IMG/VR virus record: IMGVR_UViG_3300035698_026597
Reading direction: 5' to 3' (one strand)
DNA: 64,000 nucleotides
Origin: an uncultured virus (IMG/VR IMGVR_UViG_3300035698_026597)
Taxonomy: Duplodnaviria; Heunggongvirae; Uroviricota; Caudoviricetes
Shown here: in pieces, positions 16,950-26,649 of the stretch
Numbering within the stretch: position 1 is the first letter of the stretch
How the letters are laid out: each line of letters opens with the position of its first letter
Made by a program: the position numbers and the translations under genes
Notes under the pieces: model-generated
What the model was told of the DNA's origin: nothing
Databases searched by the model: none
Seen by the model: the letters and a program-made list of their open reading frames with translations, nothing else

Positions 16950-18176
16950 ATGGCAAAGCGTAAAAAGAATGATGATGACGATGTAATCTTGCAAAATCTT
17001 GGTGGATTTGCAAAGAGGGGAGCGCGAGGGCGAAAACCGGGTAGTATTCCCACCGGCCATTTCGATCTAGATTTTGCTATCAATTATGGTGAGATACCTG
17101 GATCTGTTAACCTGAGTAACCTAGATGATTACGACCCGAAAGAGCCTCTTGGACTTCCTCTTGGAAGGGCTGTAGAGTTTTACGGGCCTCCTGGTGGTGG
17201 GAAATCTTCTCTAGCATATAGAGTCGTTGGAAATGCGCAGAGGATGGGATATCCATGTTTGTGGATAGACACTGAGCATTCATTTAGCGAGCATCTGGCA
17301 GAGAAAGTAAATGGCTTAGATTTAGATGCACTATACTATTCCGAGCTATTCGATGCGACCAACCCGGATAAGAGTTTCCATGGTGAGGATGTTCTTGATA
17401 AGATTATTGCGGCGGTAGAAAATGGAGTGAAGGTTGTTGTCTTGGATTCGCTACCGAATCTTATTCCCAAAGATAGGATGGAAAAGGACGCCGAGAAGAT
17501 TCTCGTAGCAAGATTGGCACGACTTGGTGCAGATTACTTTGGAAAGGTTGTACATTACGTTGCGAAGAATGATGCGCTTCTTATTGTCATCAATCATATC
17601 CGAACAAAACCAGGTATTATGTTTGGCCCGACTGAGGATTCCCCCGGCGGATGGGCAATTAAGCATAACTTTTCTATTCGTCTTTGCATTACAATGCGAA
17701 TGGGGACAAAGGATGAAAACTATTTGTACATAGATCGAGAGGAAGATGGAGACTCTTCTAGAAAGATCGTTGCGAAGTACAGTTACGTTGGCATCAAGAA
17801 GAACAAGATAGCAAAGCCTCTTCTCGACGCAGAAACAGGCAGAGCTATTTCTATTGATATCCCGATTTACTATGAACCGTACTTCCCTAATATCGAAGAG
17901 ATATTGTTCAATACGGGTCGAAGTATGAAGTTGATCGGTGTAAGGAAAGGGGTGTACTCGTGGAATGGGCATAAGGTAGAAGGCAAGAAAGCTTTTATCG
18001 AATATATGCAAGAAAATGATATTGTGCAAGAACTTGGTAGTACAATATTGGAGACAGCGAAAGAGCAGGGAATGGCTCTGCCTCCAGAATTGTTGAAGGC
18101 TAGTTTTAAGTCGAAGCCCAAGACAAAACCAAAGCCAAAGACGAAGATAGACAAAGATGATAAAAAGGCGGGATAA
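16950..18176 (+). CDS. recA: RecA/UvsX-family recombinase
   Basis: IPTGHFDLD, EFYGPPGGGKSSL, WIDTEHS, VVLDSL, INHIR.KPGIMFG...SPGGWAIKH. Confidence 0.93.
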   Translation: MAKRKKNDDDDVILQNLGGFAKRGARGRKPGSIPTGHFDLDFAINYGEIPGSVNLSNLDDYDPKEPLGLPLGRAVEFYGPPGGGKSSLAYRVVGNAQRMGYPCLWIDTEHSFSEHLAEKVNGLDLDALYYSELFDATNPDKSFHGEDVLDKIIAAVENGVKVVVLDSLPNLIPKDRMEKDAEKILVARLARLGADYFGKVVHYVAKNDALLIVINHIRTKPGIMFGPTEDSPGGWAIKHNFSIRLCITMRMGTKDENYLYIDREEDGDSSRKIVAKYSYVGIKKNKIAKPLLDAETGRAISIDIPIYYEPYFPNIEEILFNTGRSMKLIGVRKGVYSWNGHKVEGKKAFIEYMQENDIVQELGSTILETAKEQGMALPPELLKASFKSKPKTKPKPKTKIDKDDKKAG

Positions 18177-18891
18177 ACTGCCTGGAACCGAAAGACGTAA
18201 ACTTTGGGAGTTGGCTAAGCCGACTCTATGGGATGCGCAGGGAAAAGAGGCTAGAGAGTATCTTGTGGAAAAACGAGGTTTATCCAAGAGATCTCTAAGG
18301 GAATACCAGTTAGGATATGTCCCGCAGAATGTGAAAAGGAAAACGGGCGACTGGCATGAATTTGCCGGTCGCATCGTTATCCCTATCTTAAACCAATATG
18401 GCGAACTGGTAGCACTAAGTTCAAGAGATTGGAGAAAAGATGCTTTCATGAAATTCTTCCACGAAAGCTACCAGAAAGGACATTACCTGTTTGGCTTGGA
18501 TAAGGCGAAGAAGTACATCCTGAAAAGAGGAAGAGCAGTAATCGTAGAGGGTGAACTCGATGTTATTTCTCTACATTCAAAAGGTTTTAAATTAGCGGTA
18601 GCTGTTCTCGGCTCATCTTTGCAGCTATATCAGTTGTCTTTGCTGGCTCGATATTGCAAAGAGATCTTCATAGTTTTTGATGGAGACAGTGCAGGAGCAA
18701 GAGCTAAGTCAAGGACAATGCAATTATGTGCGAGACATGAATTGCATACGACGTATGATCTAAACATAATTCCAGTTAGTCTCTCACAGGGAAAAGATCC
18801 AGATGATATTGTGAAAGAGTCTGGTATCGATTCTTTTCTTTCTCTTTTGAGGGATGCTAAAAACGAGATGCATAATTTGCGAGGAGTATAG
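18157..18891 (+). CDS. dnaG: DNA primase catalytic/TOPRIM domain (no zinc finger)
   Basis: YL..RGL...LGY.P, FAGRIVIPI, IVEGELDVISL, FDGDSAG, KDPDD. Confidence 0.92.
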   Translation: MIKRRDKLPGTERRKLWELAKPTLWDAQGKEAREYLVEKRGLSKRSLREYQLGYVPQNVKRKTGDWHEFAGRIVIPILNQYGELVALSSRDWRKDAFMKFFHESYQKGHYLFGLDKAKKYILKRGRAVIVEGELDVISLHSKGFKLAVAVLGSSLQLYQLSLLARYCKEIFIVFDGDSAGARAKSRTMQLCARHELHTTYDLNIIPVSLSQGKDPDDIVKESGIDSFLSLLRDAKNEMHNLRGV

Positions 18892-18892
18892 T

Positions 18893-19903
18893 ATGAGCCA
18901 ATGGCTATTTGTCCCAAAAGAAGTAAGATCAGTTATGAATGTGGTAGACGATTATTTGCAAGTAAGAGAGGGTTCAGGACCTCCTCGTGGATATGAGATG
19001 TATCACCCATCTGCTCTTGGAAAGTGTTTGAGATCTATGCAGTACGCAAGATATGCTGAAAGAGGATGGGTAGAGCCGACTGTAAAGCCTGTGGAAAGTC
19101 GAATGCTTAGGCTTTGGGAAACAGGACATGTTACGCAAGCGAGATGGGAACGATATTTCACGGCACTTGGAGTTATGAGGGGAGTTTGGACTTGCTCAAA
19201 TCCGTTCTGCCAGGCGTTTGATGACAAAGGGCATTTCCAGGGATCTTTTGATACTGGCGAAGAGATTCTAAAGCATACGGAGAAACCAAGAGTTTATGGG
19301 AAGGATGTACTGGCAGGCGTATTCAAGCCAGATATGTGTATTTGCGGAGGAAAGCATTTCTTCTATGATGAGGTTTCGGTTTTCGACAAAGAGCTGAATA
19401 TCTCTGGACATGCGGATATCATTTTGGATTTTTCAAAGTTCGATCCTCATATCCTTGACGGCGTTCCTATGTCATTCGATATTGATGGGCTTCCAAAGGG
19501 CCCGATTGTTGTTGACATGAAAACGTGCAACAAGTATGCATGGGACAAGAAGGTCACTAAAGTCGGACCAAGCTTGGAGTACCAGGTACAGCTAACCGTA
19601 TATGCAAACCTCTTGGAATGCGAGTATGGTATGTTGATTTATGAGGGGAAAAATGACTCTAGCGCTAAAGGTTTCAAGATCGTAAAAGCTGATGATACTT
19701 GGTGGCCGACGATAAAGAAACAAATTTCAATGATGAATGCTATGGTCGAGGTTAAGAAGCTTCCGCCGCCAAGGCCGCTAACCATGTCTGACTATGAATG
19801 CAAGAATTGTTCGTTCTCAAAATATTGCCATGCTTCTTCAATTTGGGAAGACCAGGACAAACTGAAGGAGAAGAGGAAGAAGTTCTACAAGAATCTACTG
19901 TAG
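18893..19903 (+). CDS. Cas4-like PD-(D/E)XK exonuclease
   Basis: HPSALGKCLR, GHADII, VVDMKT, YQVQLTVY, ECKNCSFSKYC (Fe-S Cys pattern). Confidence 0.85.
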   Translation: MSQWLFVPKEVRSVMNVVDDYLQVREGSGPPRGYEMYHPSALGKCLRSMQYARYAERGWVEPTVKPVESRMLRLWETGHVTQARWERYFTALGVMRGVWTCSNPFCQAFDDKGHFQGSFDTGEEILKHTEKPRVYGKDVLAGVFKPDMCICGGKHFFYDEVSVFDKELNISGHADIILDFSKFDPHILDGVPMSFDIDGLPKGPIVVDMKTCNKYAWDKKVTKVGPSLEYQVQLTVYANLLECEYGMLIYEGKNDSSAKGFKIVKADDTWWPTIKKQISMMNAMVEVKKLPPPRPLTMSDYECKNCSFSKYCHASSIWEDQDKLKEKRKKFYKNLL

Positions 19904-19958
19904 CAGGTTTTATCTGCCGATACATAAACTAAGTGTATCAACAGTAGTTTCGGAGGAC

Positions 19959-20291
19959 ATGGTAATGTCAGAAGCAGAAATTGATGTAACACTACTAAAA
20001 GTAAAAGGAAATATTGCGGAAGCGGATGAGAGAAAACGATACGTTAAGCAATTGTCACAAGCTGTCATGATGGTAGTACAAAAACATGGCAAAGCAAAGA
20101 TGAGATGTATTGGTGCAGCAGCGATTAGCAATGCTACCAAAGCACATATTATCGCTAACGGAGAAGTCTCGAAGCGTGGAGAACTTTTCGTATGTGTCCC
20201 AAGCTTTAAGACAGTCTTGTTTGATGGCACAGTTGAAAAGACATCTATTGTTTTGGAGATAAGGGTATCTAAAGATCCATCAGCGTCGTAA
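19959..20291 (+). CDS. spoVS: SpoVS-family protein
   Basis: LLKVKG...MRCIGAAAISNATKAHIIA.G......LFVCVPSF...KTSIVL. Confidence 0.8.
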   Translation: MVMSEAEIDVTLLKVKGNIAEADERKRYVKQLSQAVMMVVQKHGKAKMRCIGAAAISNATKAHIIANGEVSKRGELFVCVPSFKTVLFDGTVEKTSIVLEIRVSKDPSAS

Positions 20292-20308
20292 GACGAGGAG
20301 AGATGTAG

Positions 20309-20872
20309 ATGAACTACGATGATGCGCAGCCGCTAGAACAAGTTGAAGAAATCCAAGAAATCATTTCACAACTATCTGCTATTGAGAGAGCTGAAGCCTG
20401 GTACAAAAGGCTAAAGAAGTTCCAGTCACAGAAGATTGAGGAGGAACTTAAGAAGCTTTCTGGCAAAAGGGATCGGTTGAAAGAGGTTGTAAAACTCACT
20501 CTTGAAAAAGAAGATTGTAAGAGTCTCAATTTCCCAGGAACTGGTAAGGTCTCTACGCGAAAGGTAAGAGGCACCTGGGTTGTTAAGGATCAAGAGGAAC
20601 TTCTTAAAATACTTCATAGTCGTTTTGATGAGGATACGTTAGACGAGGTTACAAAGACGGAAGAAAAAATCGTTAAGAAGAATCTTAATAAGCTTTTGGA
20701 TGAGTGGGCGAAGCAAAACAATGTTCCAGATTCAGTAGAGAAGACGGCAGATAGTGTGTCGGTCTCTGTTAAGTTCGAAGAAGGAGCGGTGCGATTAGAT
20801 GTAGATAGCGTTATGGACGATTCTCCAATAGGTGACGCTGTTGATAGCGATCTCGACGTGCTTGAGGTGTGA
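20309..20872 (+). CDS. Gam/Gp157-like coiled-coil phage protein
   Basis: Coiled coil followed by KSLNFPGTGKVSTRK...KIVKK.L pattern. Confidence 0.55.
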   Translation: MNYDDAQPLEQVEEIQEIISQLSAIERAEAWYKRLKKFQSQKIEEELKKLSGKRDRLKEVVKLTLEKEDCKSLNFPGTGKVSTRKVRGTWVVKDQEELLKILHSRFDEDTLDEVTKTEEKIVKKNLNKLLDEWAKQNNVPDSVEKTADSVSVSVKFEEGAVRLDVDSVMDDSPIGDAVDSDLDVLEV

Positions 20873-22767
20873 CATTGGCTAGGAATAATAGTCGTAAGCG
20901 TAAGAAACACAGGTCTAGGCTTGAGAAGTCTCAAGACAAGCTGAGGTTGTTGTACGAGACCATCCCAAGCACAAAGGGGTGCATGGAGAATATCTCTCAG
21001 GGCGAATGCTGCCATTCGTGGTGTTGCGCTTTGCAGAATCCTCAGGTACTAACTTGCGAATTCTTTCATGTGTGGGAGTACATCCACAGGAAATGGAGCT
21101 ATGAAGAAATCATAGACCTTGTAGAAGAGTGCTTGAAATCATATCTATCAAACATGTTTAACAAGTCATGTGTTTTCTGGGACAAAGAAGCTAGTATGTG
21201 TAAAGTCCATAAAAGAAGACCATTCAACTGTTTAACACCATCCACCTGGATCTATACTAGATATGGGCCTAAACGCGCGAGAGACATAATTGCTGGGGAT
21301 TACGTTATATCATCAGATGGAAAATTTCATATTGTCCAGGCGACAGCTACAAGTTTATATGAAGGAAAATTGTATTCTATCTGCCCGCAAGGAAGTAATT
21401 TGGAGTCTTTTTGTACAGAGGATCATTTGTGGCTAACTAGAAGGCAAAAGGATAAGAGGCAAGATGGGTTGGTTTCGTGGGTTGAAGCAAATTCTATGAT
21501 AGAAAAAAGAGGAAAGAAAACAGGTGATTATCTTGTCTATCCTAGATTCTTTAGAAAAGACAGAATAGGATCTGGATATTTTAATACGTTAGATTTCATA
21601 AGAGGAAAACATGATGATGATCGTGTTGTTTCGATATCATCAGTATCTAAATTCAAAGATAAAGAAACTTGCAGTTTGCCAAAGCAGTGGAAAATTACAG
21701 ATGAGTTTCTTTTTATGATAGGTATATTTCTGGCGGAGGGTAGCGCATCAAATTCACATGCAGTGTTTTGTATGAATGTTGATGAAAGAAATTACTTAGA
21801 AAGAATATCTAAATATCTGGAAAAACTAGATATTAAGTCAACTTTTGAAGAAAGGGGTCGAAATCTTCTTCTTCATGTCTCGTCGGCCTTGTTTGGGAAG
21901 CTAATGATGTCATGGGGTGGACGATTAGCCGAAAACAAAAGAATTCATCCTGAGATATTTTTTAAGTTATCACAAGATGAGATGTTAAAGATTTTTGAAG
22001 CCTGGTCGATAGGGGATGGAAGGAAAGAAAACATCAATGTAAAATATTCTGTATCAACTTCTTCTGAGCTTATGGCTGTTCAATTCTGCCAGGTATTAAC
22101 AGGTAACGATATGTATCCTAGAGTTAGGAAAAACAATTATCAAGGTAAAATATCATATGATGTTATTGTTAATCATAGTTCGCTGAAAAATTGGAAACCG
22201 GAAAAAGGGCAAGGTTCAAAAGGCATATGGAACGATAAATTTGTGTTTTTACCACTTGGAGAGATAGAAGAGAGAGAATATTGTGGACCGGTAGTAGACC
22301 TGCAAGTGAATGGGTCGCACGATTTTGTGACGATTTCTGGGGTATCACATAACTGTCGTATATATGGAATCACTCCTCACGAGGAAATCCAGCCAAGAAT
22401 AGATAAATTGAGAGAGATACATTCAAATGATCCCTTGAAGCAAGTGAGGGATCAATGTCATTTGGTATCCACAGAGAGTGGGGAAGAAGTAACAGTCAAG
22501 ATGACGAAGTATTGGTGGGATCAGCTACTTGACATAGAGCAATCTCTTGGAATCAAGAGGAGAGATATAACAGATTCTACTGGTGGTAGTTATCGAACTT
22601 ATCACGATCATTTGTTGATTAGGCTTTTGAAAACGGATGTATTGTCTCACCTTAGTTCTCTCAGGATGTATGGTAGTAATGAAGAGAAGTCACAATTCAT
22701 CTACAAGTTTATCAAGAGCATGAAAGACAAGGTTCAATTAAGGGTCGGTGACCTGACGAAGGTGTGA
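20869..22767 (+). CDS. YkgJ/CxxCxxCC-family Cys-cluster protein containing an intein
   Basis: C...CCHSWCC, CVFW.....C.VH..RPFN|intein|CRIYG restores the RPxxCRxY motif. Confidence 0.85.
   Translation: MTLARNNSRKRKKHRSRLEKSQDKLRLLYETIPSTKGCMENISQGECCHSWCCALQNPQVLTCEFFHVWEYIHRKWSYEEIIDLVEECLKSYLSNMFNKSCVFWDKEASMCKVHKRRPFNCLTPSTWIYTRYGPKRARDIIAGDYVISSDGKFHIVQATATSLYEGKLYSICPQGSNLESFCTEDHLWLTRRQKDKRQDGLVSWVEANSMIEKRGKKTGDYLVYPRFFRKDRIGSGYFNTLDFIRGKHDDDRVVSISSVSKFKDKETCSLPKQWKITDEFLFMIGIFLAEGSASNSHAVFCMNVDERNYLERISKYLEKLDIKSTFEERGRNLLLHVSSALFGKLMMSWGGRLAENKRIHPEIFFKLSQDEMLKIFEAWSIGDGRKENINVKYSVSTSSELMAVQFCQVLTGNDMYPRVRKNNYQGKISYDVIVNHSSLKNWKPEKGQGSKGIWNDKFVFLPLGEIEEREYCGPVVDLQVNGSHDFVTISGVSHNCRIYGITPHEEIQPRIDKLREIHSNDPLKQVRDQCHLVSTESGEEVTVKMTKYWWDQLLDIEQSLGIKRRDITDSTGGSYRTYHDHLLIRLLKTDVLSHLSSLRMYGSNEEKSQFIYKFIKSMKDKVQLRVGDLTKV
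21229..22353 (+). mobile_element. Intein (375 aa) with LAGLIDADG endonuclease
   Basis: CLTPSTWIYTRYG start, CTEDHLWL (block B), MIGIFLAEGS and AWSIGDG, VVDLQV..SHDF....VSHN|C end. Confidence 0.93.
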
Positions 22768-23141
22768 GGATGGACGCAAAACGAGTAAAGATACTGAAGG
22801 CATCATATAACGAAAAGTGGAACCTTGTGTTTTGGGATATCGTGTTTATGGAAGATATGCGAGACACCAAGTTAGCGTGGCATGCAAAAGATCTCAGTAC
22901 GGCTTTGGGCATAAAAGACAAAAATGGGGAGCCAGCGTACATCGAACCAGGACTCATGAAGAAGTTCTGTTCAGATATTGAGGGGAAAGAAATCAATCTA
23001 GTGATTGAGAAAGCTGTTACATTTGATAAAGGACATGAACTCTCTAAGGGCGATATGGCTAAGCTGGCGAAGGGCTTGGACGAGATGCCGATGTACGAGA
23101 CTTTCATGGCTCTCCAGGAAGAAGAGACTGCTGAAAAATGA
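22764..23141 (+). CDS. Hypothetical protein
   Basis: GTGA coupling; 125 aa. Confidence 0.65.
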   Translation: MRMDAKRVKILKASYNEKWNLVFWDIVFMEDMRDTKLAWHAKDLSTALGIKDKNGEPAYIEPGLMKKFCSDIEGKEINLVIEKAVTFDKGHELSKGDMAKLAKGLDEMPMYETFMALQEEETAEK

Positions 23142-23401
23142 TTATCTTATTCTTTGGGTCACCAGATTGCAGAAAATGCGCTCAAGCTTATCCGGTGATT
23201 TCTGGTCTTGATTGTGTCAGTCCAAAAGATCTAATCTATGTGGATAGCTCGACGGATGAGACCCAAGATCTTTGTGATGAATATGATGTCGAAGCCCTGC
23301 CTCATGTCGTAGTCATAAATGACGAATGGAAAGTAGCTTACGAAATTAAGGCTTTGAAATCTTTGCCGGATTTGGTAGCCTTTTTAGAGAAAATGGCTTA
23401 A
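23138..23401 (+). CDS. Thioredoxin/glutaredoxin-like protein
   Basis: FFGSPDCRKC...YDVEALPHVV. Confidence 0.8.
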   Translation: MIILFFGSPDCRKCAQAYPVISGLDCVSPKDLIYVDSSTDETQDLCDEYDVEALPHVVVINDEWKVAYEIKALKSLPDLVAFLEKMA

Positions 23402-23423
23402 CCCTTACGGGAAGGCGAGTTTA

Positions 23424-25370
23424 ATGGCGTTATCGTTGAATGAGCAGCAAGAAGCTGTCGCTAACCATCTGGACGGACCATGCCTATGCGTGGCTGTGCC
23501 AGGATCTGGTAAAACGGCGACATTGACCGAGCGCATTGTCCGGTTGCTTGACAAGGGAATCCCTGCGCGAAACATTCTCTGCATGACATTCACGAATAAA
23601 GCCGCTAACGAGATGAAGACCCGCATTCTAGATGCGGTAGGATCGGTGGCTCTTAAGGGAGCATATGTTGGTACGTTCCACGCCTTCTGCGCTACTATCC
23701 TGAGGGCTTTCGCCAAAAGGCTTGGATATACCAAACGATTCACAATACTTGACTCTGGCGACCAGAAAGAGCTTTTCAATAGATGCGCGAGAAAGCTTGG
23801 ATTCGATGCTCAAACTCTCAAGGTGAGACAGATCTATATCAACACCTTGATTAAGGTTCTCAACAAGTCCAGAGAAGACTGCGATAGCTATGAGCAGATT
23901 GCCGCTACGTTCGCAGAAAAATTTAGTGACGACGGGTGTTGGAAGATTGCCAAGGCTTATCTGGAAGAGATGAAGAAGAAAGATCTCATCGATTTCACAG
24001 GGTTGCTTTACGAGACGGTTGGATTGTTTGAGAACCATCAAAAGGTGCTAGACAAGTTCCATGAGCGTTTCACCTACATACAAGTTGATGAGGTCCAGGA
24101 TACGAACTTTGCACAGTTCAAACTCATCAATCTTTTGGGCGGCGAAAAATGCAACGTTGTGATGGTTGGAGATGTTTCGCAGTCGATTTATGCGTTCCGT
24201 GGCGCTCGGTATAAGAACCTGGTGGATTTCGAGACACAGCATCCTGGTTGCGTACGCATGGAGTTGCCTCTCAACTACCGATCTACTCCTCAGATCGTGG
24301 GAAGAGCGGATAAGCTTATCAGGCACAACTCAAGTCATATGGCTAAGAGTTTTGTTACAGAGAATCCTGATGGTGCTCCCGTAAGCGTTACGGAATCTTT
24401 CAACGCTGCTGCTGAAGCGAAAGCGATTGCCAGTAGATGCAGGTTTTTTATCGAGGAAGAGAAGTGGGATGGTGAAGATATAGCGGTCTTCTATCGCATC
24501 AATGCAATGTCTATGGCTCTTGAGACGGCTTTCACAGAAGAAGGTATCCCATATGTTGTGATTGGCGGCAGAAGCTTCTATGATAGGAAAGAGATCAAAG
24601 ATTGTCTCGCCATGTTGAAGTTCCTTCAGAATCCATGTGATGCGCTTGCCTTTAGTCGCTGTGGAGGCTTTTTTAAGGGCGTAGGAGCAGTTACCCTAGG
24701 TAGGCTTGAAGATGCATCAGAAGGGCTTTCTGGGGACATCCTGAAGGCTTGTGAGGATATCAGGCTGATCTCCAAGAGGAAACAGGTAATTGATGCAGCG
24801 GACAAGATTAAAGAGATCTTTTCTGTGGACCCATCCACGATGAGCCCAGCAGCCGCCATACAGTATCTTGTAGAGAAGGTGGACTACGAAGACAGGATGA
24901 AATCTTGGTGCAAAGAGCCAGAGGAATACGAGGACAGGAAGACCAATATTAATGAGTTGATTGTGGGAGCAGCGGCTTATGCGGAGAAGAGTGGGAAGGG
25001 CGTAGCAGGATATCTTCAAAACGTAGCTCTCATAACTTCGTCAGACAAGGACAGTGATAAGAACTCTGTTAGCTTTATGACGATCCATGCATCGAAGGGA
25101 TTGGAATTCCCAATCGTCTTCATGGTAGGGGTTGAAAAGGATATGTTGCCGCATGCGATGGCGATATATGACGCACGTGGCGATAAAGAAAAAGAGAGGG
25201 AAGCAATTGAAGAGGAAAGAAGAATCTGTTATGTTGGAATGACCAGGGCGAAGAAGCAATTGCACCTGTCTCATTGCAAAACGAGACTGATACGGACGAA
25301 GAAAGGTCTGATTCCAAGAGATTCCTCTCCAAGTCGTTTCCTGACGGAAGCAGGACTTTTGGAGAAGTGA
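23424..25370 (+). CDS. uvrD: UvrD/PcrA/Rep SF1 helicase
   Basis: AVPGSGKT, TFTNKAA, VDEVQD, VGD..QSIYAFRGA, NYRST, TIHASKGLEF, EERRICYVGMTRA. Confidence 0.96.
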   Translation: MALSLNEQQEAVANHLDGPCLCVAVPGSGKTATLTERIVRLLDKGIPARNILCMTFTNKAANEMKTRILDAVGSVALKGAYVGTFHAFCATILRAFAKRLGYTKRFTILDSGDQKELFNRCARKLGFDAQTLKVRQIYINTLIKVLNKSREDCDSYEQIAATFAEKFSDDGCWKIAKAYLEEMKKKDLIDFTGLLYETVGLFENHQKVLDKFHERFTYIQVDEVQDTNFAQFKLINLLGGEKCNVVMVGDVSQSIYAFRGARYKNLVDFETQHPGCVRMELPLNYRSTPQIVGRADKLIRHNSSHMAKSFVTENPDGAPVSVTESFNAAAEAKAIASRCRFFIEEEKWDGEDIAVFYRINAMSMALETAFTEEGIPYVVIGGRSFYDRKEIKDCLAMLKFLQNPCDALAFSRCGGFFKGVGAVTLGRLEDASEGLSGDILKACEDIRLISKRKQVIDAADKIKEIFSVDPSTMSPAAAIQYLVEKVDYEDRMKSWCKEPEEYEDRKTNINELIVGAAAYAEKSGKGVAGYLQNVALITSSDKDSDKNSVSFMTIHASKGLEFPIVFMVGVEKDMLPHAMAIYDARGDKEKEREAIEEERRICYVGMTRAKKQLHLSHCKTRLIRTKKGLIPRDSSPSRFLTEAGLLEK

Positions 25371-25423
25371 TATGGAATTTTGGGTAAAATTGAACGAGTT
25401 AGCGTATAATGTTTTAAGGATCA

Positions 25424-25507
25424 GTGGTAGATTCGCTTGGGACAACTCAGACGCATGCACCGCAGCGTGTTTGCTCTGGGAGTTTATCGGAGCCCAAGTA
25501 TAGCCAC
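25424..25507 (+). ncRNA. Candidate structured RNA or 5' leader (long interrupted hairpin)
   Basis: GTGGT/GCCAC, GCTTGGG/CCCAAGT, AACTC/GAGTT and CAGACGC/GTGTTTG pair in nested order; TATAAT at 25405-25410; RBS immediately 3'. Confidence 0.4.
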
Positions 25508-25519
25508 AGGAGTTTTGAG

Positions 25520-25822
25520 ATGGAAACGGGACATTCAAGTGTGGTGCCTCTGGACGGAGGACCCCTCGACGGTATGACCGTGTGTGGGGACGCGGATTCC
25601 CCGTTTTTCATCATAGGCTACGTGTCACAAGACGGCGAGATCTATCTTAGCCCATCAGAGGATGGGTTTAAGGCAGGCTCAGCGTTCAAGAAGTTTGCAG
25701 CCGTCTACGCCAAAGGGGATGACGAGACATTCTATTTCAAATCATATAACGAATCGTCTTATGGTAGATGGAGCTTTGTGACTAGCTCTGTTCAATTCGG
25801 GATGAAGAAGCAGGGTGAATAA
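25520..25822 (+). CDS. Hypothetical protein (LDGGPLDG motif)
   Basis: AGGAG RBS before ATG 25520. Confidence 0.6.
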   Translation: METGHSSVVPLDGGPLDGMTVCGDADSPFFIIGYVSQDGEIYLSPSEDGFKAGSAFKKFAAVYAKGDDETFYFKSYNESSYGRWSFVTSSVQFGMKKQGE

Positions 25823-25837
25823 CAAATCCATATCTTT

Positions 25838-25862
25838 CGATAACAAAGTAGAATTGTTATCG
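25838..25862. promoter_or_regulatory. Perfect inverted repeat CGATAACAA-N7-TTGTTATCG upstream of neuA
   Basis: Directly visible; abuts the GGGAG RBS. Confidence 0.5.
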
Positions 25863-25872
25863 GGAGATACAA

Positions 25873-26649
25873 ATGGAGAAAATCCTTTCTGTTGTGACGG
25901 CGCGCGCTGGATCTAAAGGAGTTGTGGGGAAGAACTTCAAAGACCTATGCGGGAAGCCTCTTGTTTGGTGGTCAATTAAAGCTTCAGAGACCTGTGGTTT
26001 TATGAAGCAATTTGGTGTTCTTCCTATCGAGCATACGGGGCTTACGGTCGTTAGCTCTAATTGCCCCTATGTGAAACAGGTTGTAGACGACTTGACTGGA
26101 GCCTGGGACGTTAGATACATCCCAAGGCCAGAAGAGCTATGTGAAGATCTATGCTCTAGCGAGAAAGCGCTTATTCACGCCTACGAATATGCGGTAGAGC
26201 ATTTCGGTTTTGAGGCAGATGTCATAGTCATGTTACAACCCACTTCTCCGATTAGGCGAGTATTTAAACGGCCGCTTCTGACTCAATGCTTGGCGAAGTT
26301 CTTCAAAGAGCAGAAAGAGAACAAATGCGATTCTCTTCTTACCGTGAAAAAATGTACTCCATTTTTCATGAAGCAAAAAGAAAATGGTAGAGTATATATC
26401 CCAGATGGGTCTTTGCTGATAGATCGTCCTATGAGACAATCAATCAAAGATGAAGAATTCTTCTATCACGATTGTGGCAATATATACATAACGGAAATAG
26501 ATGTTCTACTTGCTACAAAAAACAGGATAGGGATGAACCCGTCGATGTTTGTGGTAGATGATGATGAAGCTGTACAAGTAGATACTCATGTTGATTTCGA
26601 GATTGCAGAAAGGCTTCTAACTAAAAGGTTAGGGATCAATAATACCTAA
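25873..26649 (+). CDS. neuA: Acylneuraminate cytidylyltransferase (CMP-nonulosonic acid synthetase)
   Basis: VTARAGSKGV.GKN..L.GKPL, RPEEL..D, LQPTSP.R, VDT..DF.IAE. Confidence 0.92.
   Translation: MEKILSVVTARAGSKGVVGKNFKDLCGKPLVWWSIKASETCGFMKQFGVLPIEHTGLTVVSSNCPYVKQVVDDLTGAWDVRYIPRPEELCEDLCSSEKALIHAYEYAVEHFGFEADVIVMLQPTSPIRRVFKRPLLTQCLAKFFKEQKENKCDSLLTVKKCTPFFMKQKENGRVYIPDGSLLIDRPMRQSIKDEEFFYHDCGNIYITEIDVLLATKNRIGMNPSMFVVDDDEAVQVDTHVDFEIAERLLTKRLGINNT

Noticed and set aside
17451..18449. 332-aa reverse-strand ORF and the many other short - strand ORFs
   Set aside because: Antisense shadows of well-supported + strand genes (recA/dnaG etc.) with no recognisable motifs.
18893..19903. Cas4-like gene as a sign of a CRISPR-Cas system
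   Set aside because: No repeat-spacer array or other cas genes are visible; it sits among recombination genes, typical of stand-alone phage exonucleases.
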